A stretch of DNA of 64,000 bases from an uncultured Gammaproteobacteria bacterium (GCA_964458085.1 CAYWFF010000001.1:890-64889), one strand, 5' to 3'. Shown: positions 40,104 to 48,950, counted from the first letter of the stretch. Made by a program: numbers and translations. The notes: generated from the letters alone by a model not told the origin.

Positions 40104-40928
40104 ATGACGTACAGCGAACACAAAGAACTCCCTCATATTACTACCTGCCGTTTTTTGGAAACTTGGCAAGGCATAAATCCCAACCGTTTAATCGCCGAAC
40201 TAATATCAGTAAACAATGAAACACATAGGAATCCTGACCCTTATCATTTCAGTTTGAGACAGGGAAAATTGATAGATCCCGAAACTGGAAAACCTATAAC
40301 TGATTTTATTTCTGATGGGGTTGAGTTAGAGGTAGTTTTAAAATTACAGGATTGGGCTAACAAAAAAGATGCAGGCCTCGCCTATTGGGTAAGCCCGAGA
40401 CTTGTGGATGTATATCCAAGTGAAAAGTTAATCATTCACAGAATCGCATATACTCTGACCGGCGAAAAAATTGTTTTGAATAGTGCAATTCTTTTTGAAG
40501 CAGAACTTGATAACCCCGAAACTCTTAGGGATACACTTTTTGAATCAGATGATACAGAAGAAAATATTCTTAAGTTATTGGCTTGGGTTCAGGAAGTGTC
40601 AGGAGAAGCAGTGAATTTAACTTCTCACAAAACACATAAAGACCAGGCTCAGTACTTTGCCAAACAAATCATAAATGGGGTGGATCATTCCCAGATTATT
40701 CAAGAAATGCTTCAAACAGGATTTTTAGGTGAATTCTCAATCAGTTGTAAGACGGTAAATAACCCAGCCAGTTTTTCAAATTATATTCTCTCCCGAGCTG
40801 CAATAAATTCTATCGAGACTAGTGAAGGAAAGTATGTAGAAAAATGTGGCAATTGCGGAAAAGAAATTAAAGCAGTTATCAGAAAAGGCTATAAATGCAG
40901 CTGCGGAGGTGTATATGAGGGCTGCTAA
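40104..40928 (+). CDS. uncharacterised cytoplasmic protein with C-terminal Cys4 zinc ribbon, under cobalamin-riboswitch control
   Basis: 274 aa, no TM, C-terminal CGNCGKEIKAVIRKGYKCSCGG; no known adenosyltransferase/Cob motifs seen. Confidence 0.5.
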   Translation: MTYSEHKELPHITTCRFLETWQGINPNRLIAELISVNNETHRNPDPYHFSLRQGKLIDPETGKPITDFISDGVELEVVLKLQDWANKKDAGLAYWVSPRLVDVYPSEKLIIHRIAYTLTGEKIVLNSAILFEAELDNPETLRDTLFESDDTEENILKLLAWVQEVSGEAVNLTSHKTHKDQAQYFAKQIINGVDHSQIIQEMLQTGFLGEFSISCKTVNNPASFSNYILSRAAINSIETSEGKYVEKCGNCGKEIKAVIRKGYKCSCGGVYEGC

Positions 40929-40954
40929 TCAATCTGGATTACACCAACCCGCCC

Positions 40955-40985
40955 TGGTATAATACCTTTGCAAATTCAATTTGCA
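40955..40985 (+). promoter_or_regulatory. extended -10 (TGGTATAAT) followed by 17-bp palindrome TGCAAATTcAATTTGCA upstream of tRNA
   Basis: TGGTATAAT at 40955-40963; perfect 8-1-8 palindrome at 40969-40985. Confidence 0.35.
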
Positions 40986-41072
40986 CGCACATTAAATTTA
41001 AGCATTAAGCATAAAAGTTGTAAGCAATAAATTCTAAAATCTGACAGCAATTTGCTAATTGCTTTTTAACAA

Positions 41073-41385
41073 TCCCCGGTAGCTCAGTGGTAGAGCAGGA
41101 AGCTGTGAAGTGACGCAGCCTTCAACAGAGATGTTGAAGAGAAAATTGGGTGAATTGCGGGAAGCCTAAAGCTAAAGCTAAGGTAATCCGCAGCCAAGAC
41201 CTATTTGATATTATCAAACAGGTAAGGTTCAGAGACTAGGTGATTACACCCAGAGTCGAGTCTGACTCGACGAGAGCGCCCAACACCCTACCCTTTTAGG
41301 AAGGGTGATGAGATAGTCCACGCTATATGGAAACATATGGATCAGTGTAACTTCAAGGTCGTAGGTTCGAGCCCTACCCGGGGAG
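41073..41385 (+). tRNA. tRNA-Asn(GUU) interrupted in the anticodon loop by a group I intron
   Basis: exon 1 41073-41106 (UCCCCGG UA GCUC AGUGGUA GAGC A GGAAG CUGU) + exon 2 41348-41385 (UAA CUUCA AGGUC GUAGG UUCGAGC CCUAC CCGGGGA G); 7-bp acceptor, U1-A72, G73, body closely resembles bacterial tRNA-Asn; splice junction chosen by exon-terminal U / intron-terminal G and P1 pairing GCUGU/GCAGC. Confidence 0.7.
41107..41347 (+). ncRNA. group I self-splicing intron (241 nt)
   Basis: canonical core elements readable: P (GAAUUGCGGGAAG), Q (AAUCCGCAGCC), R (GGUUCAGAGACUAG), S (AGAUAGUCC); terminal G; 5' exon ends in U. Confidence 0.75.
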
Positions 41386-42876
41386 CACATTAGTACGATA
41401 TTCTGGCAAAAGCAGTACATCGTAAGGTTTTTTGAGGCGAAAATCGAGTTTTCCGTCTTTCAAAATAAGGTTCTCACCGAGGTCGAGAATCAAATCACGT
41501 TTTTCTTCCTTTGTCCCATTCTCCAATCTTTCTTTAGCTGAAAACGCATTATCGAGATATCGTGTGCACATTTCCAACCAAGTATCGGCTGAGTAATCAT
41601 TATCTTCCAACTTTTCTTTGATAGACTTTTTCTCATTGAGAAGTTCTGACTTCTGCTCCAGAAACTCTTCCTTAGTTAGTTCTTGATCTGCTCTCATCCT
41701 GACCAGATACTTAATTCGAGTTTGGATGGCATTATATTGATTCTGTAAATATCTTGCTCGTTTGGAAAACTTTTCTACTTCTTCTTGGTATTTGGCTTTG
41801 AATAACTCAATACCTAATTTCCATGTCTCTTCATCAATCTTGATCTGCACCATGTTTTCGAGCAGAAGTTTTTCTAATCTTTTGCCTGTTATTGCTTGTT
41901 GTTTGCAAATACCTCTTCTGTGAGTGCAATGGTGGTAAGTATAGACAACTGTTCTGTTGGTACGTTTGAAATACTTTGTTTTGACTGTTGTTGTGATTTG
42001 GCAGCCACAATCGCCACAAGTAATCAATCCGTTATAGGTATGCTCCCATACTTTCAATTTAGGCCGAGAACGGAGTTGTAATGCCATTTGCACATCCTCA
42101 AACAACTTCTTGGTTATTAGTGGTTCATACGTACCTTCAAACAACTCGCCATTATGGTGGAAGTATCCATAATAAACTATGCAGTTTAGAATGTTGTGTA
42201 CATGGCTTTTACTGATTTTCTTACCTCGCTTAGTTCGTAATCCTTTATCGTAAAGATGTTTGGCAATCTTTGAGAGGGGGTTACCTTCTTTCGCCATTTG
42301 AAAAGCCTGTTGAATCAATGGGCCTTCAAACGGATGTGGCCTCATAATTCGTTGTCCTCGAATACCAAAGCCTTCATATCCAACTATAGCTGGTCTGGGA
42401 TACTCACCACGTTCGCACTTATGATTTAGTCCTCGTTTTACGTTTTGACTTAGATTTCTTGAATACTGATTAGCCATCCCAAAGTGGATTTGCAGAATCA
42501 GGTGATCTGATTCCTGTGTATAGACAGAACCAGTTGCTGTTCTAATTTCCTTGAGCACACCATCTTGGAGGAGTTGTAAGATCATTCCTCCTTCTTCTGG
42601 ATTACCACAAAGACGATCTTCTTTCCAACAAAGAAAAGCATTTGCTTTTCCAGTCTTTATCAACTGGATTGCCTTATCAAAGTCTGGTCTGTTGTGAGGC
42701 TTGAAAGCTGATCTACTCTCAGAGAATCGGTATTTGACTCTGAGTCCTTCTCGTTTTTCAACCTTTACATTTTCAGCATGTTGATCTTTGAGAGAAGCTA
42801 CTTGTCGCTCTTTCGCTTCGGACGATTTGCGACCATATTCTATATGCACAATTTCATTATCTATACTCATATTCAT
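41374..42876 (-). CDS. large serine recombinase (integrase)
   Basis: N-terminal YGRKSSEAKERQ catalytic Ser motif, recombinase domain, C-terminal CGDCGC...HHC zinc ribbon + coiled coil; 500 aa. Confidence 0.8.
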   Translation of the reverse strand: MNMSIDNEIVHIEYGRKSSEAKERQVASLKDQHAENVKVEKREGLRVKYRFSESRSAFKPHNRPDFDKAIQLIKTGKANAFLCWKEDRLCGNPEEGGMILQLLQDGVLKEIRTATGSVYTQESDHLILQIHFGMANQYSRNLSQNVKRGLNHKCERGEYPRPAIVGYEGFGIRGQRIMRPHPFEGPLIQQAFQMAKEGNPLSKIAKHLYDKGLRTKRGKKISKSHVHNILNCIVYYGYFHHNGELFEGTYEPLITKKLFEDVQMALQLRSRPKLKVWEHTYNGLITCGDCGCQITTTVKTKYFKRTNRTVVYTYHHCTHRRGICKQQAITGKRLEKLLLENMVQIKIDEETWKLGIELFKAKYQEEVEKFSKRARYLQNQYNAIQTRIKYLVRMRADQELTKEEFLEQKSELLNEKKSIKEKLEDNDYSADTWLEMCTRYLDNAFSAKERLENGTKEEKRDLILDLGENLILKDGKLDFRLKKPYDVLLLPEYRTNVLPG

Positions 42877-42908
42877 CTACTTATAATTTTAGCAAAGTAA
42901 CAGCCTCA

Positions 42909-43457
42909 TTACAGTGATGGTTCCTCCTTATTACTCTCTCCTAAACTCTCCTCTATATCTCTAATATCTTCCTCAGATAAACCCAATTCACCCATAGAAG
43001 GAAAATTAGAGCTTTGAGGGCTGTTTTGAGATGACTTCCTTTGCATTTCTGCAATAAAATAATCCTCTTTTTCAATTTGTGTATGCAAGGTTGCAAATAA
43101 TTCTTTCATTATTGATTCAGGGAACTTAGCAAAGATTTTGATCCACTCTTTTTCAAAAGCATAATAATTGGTAATGATGGTCAGTCCATTTTTTTCGCTG
43201 AGAAGTCCCAATTTGATAAGTTCTTTACGCCTTCTATGAACTGTTGAAATACTACAGTTCCACGCTTTGGCTAATACTTGATCGTCACGGATGATTACTC
43301 TGTAATTTTCGTGTCTTCGATCAAAATCAGCTTGCATAACAAAGGCAATATAAGCACCTAACTGAGTAAAACCAAAATCTGGATGATTGAGAAGGAATTG
43401 GACACCTCGAAGAACCGAAATGTATCCGATAAAATTAGGTTTGTATTGAATCTTCAT
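42909..43457 (-). CDS. putative HTH DNA-binding protein
   Basis: CSISTVHRRRKELIKLGLL helix-turn-helix-like segment. Confidence 0.35.
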   Translation of the reverse strand: MKIQYKPNFIGYISVLRGVQFLLNHPDFGFTQLGAYIAFVMQADFDRRHENYRVIIRDDQVLAKAWNCSISTVHRRRKELIKLGLLSEKNGLTIITNYYAFEKEWIKIFAKFPESIMKELFATLHTQIEKEDYFIAEMQRKSSQNSPQSSNFPSMGELGLSEEDIRDIEESLGESNKEEPSL

Positions 43458-43479
43458 ATCAATCTGTCACAAATATCAA

Positions 43480-43725
43480 TTACCTTTCTGCGAACAAGCG
43501 ATCCTTGAGAAATCGCATGTTCATGCTGTATTGCTTTACAGGCTGTTTGAGTTCTCCAGAAAAATAGGCACTTGTTATTTCTTCTGACCCTTGTGAATCA
43601 AAAACAAACCAGTAGAAGTTTGCTTCTCGCTCAAGTCGAATTAGTTTGATTCCTGCTGTTAGCAAAGCTGCTGCATGGGCTAAATCCTTAGTAAATGTTT
43701 CTTTTGAATTACTGTTTGTTTGCAT
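43480..43725 (-). CDS. hypothetical small protein
   Basis: 81-aa ORF in recombinase-proximal module. Confidence 0.3.
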   Translation of the reverse strand: MQTNSNSKETFTKDLAHAAALLTAGIKLIRLEREANFYWFVFDSQGSEEITSAYFSGELKQPVKQYSMNMRFLKDRLFAER

Positions 43726-43912
43726 ATTCCATCCTCCATCTAAACTTGAATGTATGTTCTACAAATGAAACAAGATTCTCAGCAATGGTGATAACTTCTA
43801 AATCGGAGAGGGGGCGTTGATACTTTGGCTCGTACATTTTTCTGACTTTCTGTTGCAGTTCGTCAGTGAGCCATTTCGGAGCAATGATAGTTTTATTTGA
43901 TTTCTTATTCAT
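43709..43912 (-). CDS. hypothetical small protein
   Basis: 67-aa ORF overlapping previous by 17 bp. Confidence 0.3.
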   Translation of the reverse strand: MNKKSNKTIIAPKWLTDELQQKVRKMYEPKYQRPLSDLEVITIAENLVSFVEHTFKFRWRMEYANKQ

Positions 43913-43921
43913 CTGTTACCC

Positions 43922-44800
43922 TTGCTCGAAAAATTGTTTCCGAGCGATTACACAAAGGGTAACAAGAGAAGAACTCAAAGTAACTTGAGGTTTGGTGTGG
44001 TGGGCATTATTCTTGTTTTAGTAATAGGTGGATGGTACTTGTTCACTTCTCGTAATCAGGTAATGCTTTCAACCGAAGAACAAATAAAGCAATTAGAAGA
44101 AAAAATCGCTTCTGATCCTCAATATCAGGACAGAAGATCACAGACATACAAGGATGCACAGAACCAGTTGTGTTTGTTGAAAGCTCGTCCTACCGATCAA
44201 CGAGAAAAAGCAATTACTTCAATAAAGGCTTTCATTGATGATGAAAATGCCAAGGTTGATTTTTCCTGTGGAGAGTTTAGAAGGCCAGCATTTTTAGGAG
44301 CCTCACAAGCAGAGAGATATTTAGTAGATAACAACGAAATTATCATCAATACAGCTACGAATCATGTCGCTGAGATACCTGTTCAGGATAACTGGGTATA
44401 TCAAAAGGACGGAACACGTTTTGGTAATACATCTTCAAATCTACCCTTATATAGCCAGACAGAGATTGAGGAATTAGCCAAGAACTTTCTGACTAAACAT
44501 TCTCAAGCAATTGGGTCGATTGACCTCTCCTCACTAAAGTTTGAGATTGGCAAGAAGAGCAATGGGACCAGTTCAACAAATTATTTCCTTACTTGGAGTG
44601 GTGAACAGAAAAAAAGGAAATTACCAGAGCCTCAAAAGACATGCAGTAAGGATTTAGCACCAGAAGCAATCCAATACTACGAATCCGATGGAACGCCTTG
44701 TTACACAAATTACGAAGAAAACTATAACCCTCAACTAAGCATTGCATTTACGAACGAAGGGAGGCTTGTCAGTTTTAGTAGTTCTTTGGAGGTAGAGTAA
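43922..44800 (+). CDS. cargo protein 1: N-terminally anchored extracytoplasmic protein
   Basis: single TM (FGVVGIILVLVIGGWYLF) then about 240-aa domain. Confidence 0.4.
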   Translation: MLEKLFPSDYTKGNKRRTQSNLRFGVVGIILVLVIGGWYLFTSRNQVMLSTEEQIKQLEEKIASDPQYQDRRSQTYKDAQNQLCLLKARPTDQREKAITSIKAFIDDENAKVDFSCGEFRRPAFLGASQAERYLVDNNEIIINTATNHVAEIPVQDNWVYQKDGTRFGNTSSNLPLYSQTEIEELAKNFLTKHSQAIGSIDLSSLKFEIGKKSNGTSSTNYFLTWSGEQKKRKLPEPQKTCSKDLAPEAIQYYESDGTPCYTNYEENYNPQLSIAFTNEGRLVSFSSSLEVE

Positions 44801-45949
44801 ATGAAGTTCGGTATTAGAACACCATCACTCAAAAGGAGGATAGCAGCCAGAACATCTTGGAAACGCTTTGTAAGGCACAGTATGGGCTTGAAAGCTCCCA
44901 GAGGGATGGGAATAATAACAAACCCAAAAAAGGCTTTGTATAACAAAGTTTATAACAAGACATCTGTGAGTGTCGATGACTTGCTGAAAGGACATTCTCC
45001 TATTCCAGCAGTACCATCTCTCACACATAAACCAAATATGGAAGAACAACCACAAGCAGGTATACAAATAAACAATACAGGTAACATTATCAGGAGTTCG
45101 AGTCGAGCACTTACAGTTACAAGCAAGAACTTTCAGGAATTGCGACAGCAGATTACTGATATTTACAATCAGAGAGTTGAATTGCTCAAGAAACTGAGTA
45201 ACGCAAAGACTAAATTATTTTTACTTACCACTCTTCACTTTGGAAGCTATCTGTTCATCGTTGGTTTTTTCTACAAGAAAATTGCTGAAACAAGGAAGGC
45301 ACAGCAGGAAGTTGTCAAAGAATTAGAGAAACAAGTTTCCGAGACATTTGTGAAGTTGACTTTTGCAGACAAATCTCAATTAGAGAAAAGTTGGCTCAAT
45401 TGTATTGATGCTTTCAAAGAACTAATGAGTAGCGAGAAGATATGGGATATTACTTATGCTGAAAATGTGAATAGAGCACAGGCAAGAACAGTAGCCCAGA
45501 CAGCAACCAAACGTACTCCTATCACCAAAACTGAAAGGAATCTTGAGTTCATCAAGAGCGATTTGCCGTTCTTATTTCTTCCAAATGAAAATGGCCCAGA
45601 CCTATTTTTCTTTCCAACCTTTCTCCTTCTTTTCAAAGACAATCAGGAGTTTGGTATTTTCGACCTGAAAGAAATCAAAGCCAACATGAAATTATCAGGA
45701 TACATTGAGGAGGAGGGTGTTCCGAAGGACACTGAAATCATTCAACACACTTGGAAAAAGGCAAACAAAGATGGATCAATGGACAAGCGATTCAAAGGCA
45801 ATTATCAAATCCCAGTAGTGAAGTACGGAGATGTCACTTTTGAATCGGAGGGTGGTCTTGAGGAGTCATTCATGTTTAGCAACTTTGATGCTTTTACTGA
45901 TTTTTCAAAGACCTACGAATACCATGTTTCCTTATTAGGAAAACTCTAA
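44801..45949 (+). CDS. cargo protein 2: basic N-terminus, coiled coil, single mid-protein TM
   Basis: start overlaps stop of previous gene; TM LFLLTTLHFGSYLFIVGFFY. Confidence 0.4.
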   Translation: MKFGIRTPSLKRRIAARTSWKRFVRHSMGLKAPRGMGIITNPKKALYNKVYNKTSVSVDDLLKGHSPIPAVPSLTHKPNMEEQPQAGIQINNTGNIIRSSSRALTVTSKNFQELRQQITDIYNQRVELLKKLSNAKTKLFLLTTLHFGSYLFIVGFFYKKIAETRKAQQEVVKELEKQVSETFVKLTFADKSQLEKSWLNCIDAFKELMSSEKIWDITYAENVNRAQARTVAQTATKRTPITKTERNLEFIKSDLPFLFLPNENGPDLFFFPTFLLLFKDNQEFGIFDLKEIKANMKLSGYIEEEGVPKDTEIIQHTWKKANKDGSMDKRFKGNYQIPVVKYGDVTFESEGGLEESFMFSNFDAFTDFSKTYEYHVSLLGKL

Positions 45950-45951
45950 TT

Positions 45952-46713
45952 ATGTTTGGATTATTCAATAAGGCTAAGTTCTCCAGTGACGATGAAGCCT
46001 CTACAGCCCTTATGCGTATCTCCAGTATGGGTTTTGGAAGTGAGCAGGACTTCGCAAAAGATAACATGCTCAAGGTTCTGGCTGAAGTCGAACAGTACGC
46101 CAGCAATTTACAGAATCCGAAACTGGCTTATTGGTTAGGCATTGCGTGGAGAAACTTTACTGCTTGGCATATTCGAGGTGAGGATAGAAAAGAATATCTG
46201 GATAAAGCAGTGTTCTACTTTGATAAGGCCTTACAACTCTCAAAAGATACTTTACCAATTCAACTTCCACTTGAGAAACGACATAATGCCGATTACTTGG
46301 ACCAAATTGATATTGCTGGAGAGTTAGGGCACATGCTCGTTGAAGATGCTCCTATACGTGACTTGGATCGAGCAGAAAAGGTACTGCAATTCGTTTTTGA
46401 TAACACAGAGGAATACGAACCATGCCTCTGTGCCTATGCAGAGCTGTTTTATAAGCGTGGTGACTATGAGATATCTGCTGAGATCGGACTCAATATCAGC
46501 GACAGGTGTGCAAAGTCCCCAGAATGGAAGGATGATCCACCACCTGCACCATTGGGCATTGTTGGCAGTGCTTATAGGGCGTTAGCAAAACAGGCAAAGA
46601 AAGAGGGCAAAACCAACGAAGCAATCAAATGGTTCAAGAAAATGAAGGATTTGAAAGTCGCTTCCGACAATGATTTGAAAATCTTGGAAAAGCTGAAATC
46701 TGCTGGCCTATAA
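45952..46713 (+). CDS. cargo protein 3: soluble helical (TPR-like) protein
   Basis: 253-aa ORF 3 bp after previous. Confidence 0.4.
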   Translation: MFGLFNKAKFSSDDEASTALMRISSMGFGSEQDFAKDNMLKVLAEVEQYASNLQNPKLAYWLGIAWRNFTAWHIRGEDRKEYLDKAVFYFDKALQLSKDTLPIQLPLEKRHNADYLDQIDIAGELGHMLVEDAPIRDLDRAEKVLQFVFDNTEEYEPCLCAYAELFYKRGDYEISAEIGLNISDRCAKSPEWKDDPPPAPLGIVGSAYRALAKQAKKEGKTNEAIKWFKKMKDLKVASDNDLKILEKLKSAGL

Positions 46714-46759
46714 CTCTAATTGAAGTCTGTATCAAGTCTTGGTATAATTCCGATCAAAT

Positions 46760-47200
46760 ATGGCAGAACGACTACCAGCACCGATTAGTCCAGTTGACGC
46801 AATAAGATCAAGGGCTTTTATGGAAAGTTATATCAGGGTCATTCCATCTTTGATTCCTCCTGCAATTATGAATGAAGCACAGTCAATCGTTGCAGCTCAT
46901 AGGCCTGAAGGGGTGCTACCTGGCGAAGAACCTGTTTGTATGGCAGGTTTGAAGCCAAAAGATCACGGCTTTCTCAATGGTTTACATTTACGATCTAAGG
47001 ATGAGCAAAGAAAGATTTTTGCACAGAAAAGATCGGAGTATGCTGGTGACCCAGTAGCCCAGCAACAGATTGATGTTTACGATGGCGATACTGAGTACCA
47101 TGTCAAGATGAGGGAGTTTAGTGATGCTTTGAAATCAGGTAATTCCCAGAAGGAAGCAGAGTTAGACGCTTGGTTCAAGGAACATTATCCAAACATATAA
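46760..47200 (+). CDS. cargo protein 4: hypothetical
   Basis: 146-aa ORF. Confidence 0.35.
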   Translation: MAERLPAPISPVDAIRSRAFMESYIRVIPSLIPPAIMNEAQSIVAAHRPEGVLPGEEPVCMAGLKPKDHGFLNGLHLRSKDEQRKIFAQKRSEYAGDPVAQQQIDVYDGDTEYHVKMREFSDALKSGNSQKEAELDAWFKEHYPNI

Positions 47201-47201
47201 T

Positions 47202-48821
47202 TCAGTTGGCAAATGTGGGCGTGTAGTTATTTGACATAAGAAACTCTCGATAATAGTTTCCCACATAGTCAGTTAGTGCGAGCCAAGTATCACTTATCCG
47301 AACTAGCCTCAAATTTTCAAGTACTTTGAAGGCATCGGTATAAGTAACATTTACAACTTCTTTATCTTTTATCCAGATTTTGCATGCAAACCATCTTAAG
47401 AACTGTTTTTTCTCCTTTTTATTAAATGCTTTATATAGCTTGGGTAATTGCTTTAAGAATTTAATAATAGTATCTATTTTCTTGTCATCCAAGTTAGCTG
47501 AAGGCTTGGAAAGCTTTGCAATATCAGCCTCTACGGATTTAAGTTCATCCTTCAAAGGTAAATACTTCTTTTCAATTCTATCTTGAGGCATTACTTCTGC
47601 AATCATCTGATCTTCAAGTTTGTCCATTTTCTTTTCTATCACTGCTTTTCGGTCTTTCAGTGCCTTTGTTCGTGATGGAATATCATCTCCTTGTTCTTTC
47701 ATAACCTCTTCGAGCTCAGTTCTCAAGCCCTTGAAAAATCTCTCATCAAACTTGATGTTAGCCATAAACTTTTCTAATTGCTTATGAACTTTATCCATCG
47801 GAGCATAGGATTGTTTGCAAACCTTTCCTTTTCTTGAACCTAGACATCGATAATACTTAAAAACCCTTCCATCTGGTTTGACGTGTTGCTCACCAGACAT
47901 AAGAGTTCCACATTCATCACAAAAGACCAATCCTGCAAGAAACCAATTGTGTTTTCTTGACCTGTCAGCACCTTTGTTATGTTTAGCTAAGATTGCCTTA
48001 GACTTTTCTATATCTTCCATTGTTACTATTGATTTATGTTTACCGTCATACATTTTCCCACAATATAACACCTTTCCAGCATAGCGTACATCAGTAAGTA
48101 TTCTGTGAATATTGCTGGAACTAACTCTTTTTCCGTTCTTGGTTCTAAAGCCTTCTTGATACATTTCTTCTTCAAGGGAATAGATGGAGTGATTACCTGT
48201 ATGAAATCTTCTGAAAATTTCTTTAATAAAGTAGACTCTTTCTTTATCAATTTTCCAGGCAACGCCTTTTTTATAAGAGTTTAGATATCCAATGACTGCA
48301 ACTCCTGGTTGAAAACCTTTCTCTGCAAGTGCTACCATTGTTCTTTTTGTCTTCTGTCCTGTTATTTCCCTTTGAAGCTGATTTGCTCCAGCCATTACTA
48401 AGTCCACAAATTTACCAACTGGATCATCACCAAAGTTAGGTTGTTGTGTGGCTATTAGTTCAACACTGTGTTTTTTAAGAAACGATTTTACAGCTAAATG
48501 GTCTTGTGCATCTCTTGCGAATCTATCTGTTTCCTCTAACAAAACAATATCAACATCCTTATCTTTCTCACATCGCTCAAGCATTCTTGTAAATTCTGGC
48601 CTACCAGTTGTACTACCACCACTCTTGCCTCCGTCTTTATAGATTTCTAATATTCTCCAGTTATGTTCTCTTGCATATTTAACCAACCTATCTACTTGAT
48701 CATCTAGAGAATGTCCTTCCCGAACCTGTCTATCTGTGCTTACTCTTGCGTATATTAGACAGCTTTTGATTCTAGCTTGATCTTCTATATGAGAAATATT
48801 TGTTGTATATGTCATTTTCAA
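47202..48821 (-). CDS. large serine recombinase (second copy, distinct sequence)
   Basis: IYARVSTDRQ catalytic motif, recombinase domain, CDECG...YYRC zinc ribbon, C-terminal coiled coil; 539 aa. Confidence 0.8.
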   Translation of the reverse strand: MKMTYTTNISHIEDQARIKSCLIYARVSTDRQVREGHSLDDQVDRLVKYAREHNWRILEIYKDGGKSGGSTTGRPEFTRMLERCEKDKDVDIVLLEETDRFARDAQDHLAVKSFLKKHSVELIATQQPNFGDDPVGKFVDLVMAGANQLQREITGQKTKRTMVALAEKGFQPGVAVIGYLNSYKKGVAWKIDKERVYFIKEIFRRFHTGNHSIYSLEEEMYQEGFRTKNGKRVSSSNIHRILTDVRYAGKVLYCGKMYDGKHKSIVTMEDIEKSKAILAKHNKGADRSRKHNWFLAGLVFCDECGTLMSGEQHVKPDGRVFKYYRCLGSRKGKVCKQSYAPMDKVHKQLEKFMANIKFDERFFKGLRTELEEVMKEQGDDIPSRTKALKDRKAVIEKKMDKLEDQMIAEVMPQDRIEKKYLPLKDELKSVEADIAKLSKPSANLDDKKIDTIIKFLKQLPKLYKAFNKKEKKQFLRWFACKIWIKDKEVVNVTYTDAFKVLENLRLVRISDTWLALTDYVGNYYREFLMSNNYTPTFAN

Positions 48822-48840
48822 TACTTTTTCATAACTTTAA

Positions 48841-48925
48841 TGGCCGCCTGGTGAGCTCAACCCAATTGGTATGGATTGTCCAGACGGCCATCAAAAAAAC
48901 CAATTGGTTGTTGAACTCAATTTAA
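48841..48925. promoter_or_regulatory. imperfect inverted repeat (TGGCCGcCTGG / CCAGAcGGCCA) around a core with GAGCTC and CCAATTGG palindromes, upstream of recombinase 2; candidate att/regulatory site
   Basis: arms at 48841-48851 and 48880-48890; second CCAATTGG at 48900-48907. Confidence 0.3.
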
Positions 48926-48950
48926 TTGAAGCATAAATGTCAAATATTTG

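Noticed and set aside
41103-41110. Alternative reading of the tRNA as tRNA-His(GUG) with the anticodon loop CUGUGAA intact in exon 1, or as tRNA-Thr(UGU)
   Set aside because: The His option would require the intron to end in A (not the obligatory group I terminal G) and lacks the G-1/C73 His identity. The Thr option gives poorer P1 pairing, and U1-A72 and G73 fit Asn. Thr remains a minority possibility.
48841-48890. Possible tRNA gene or fragment (acceptor stem GGCCGUC/GGCGGCC with a T-arm-like segment on the minus strand)
   Set aside because: At only about 50 nt, no D-arm or anticodon arm can be built. It is treated as an inverted-repeat site rather than a tRNA.
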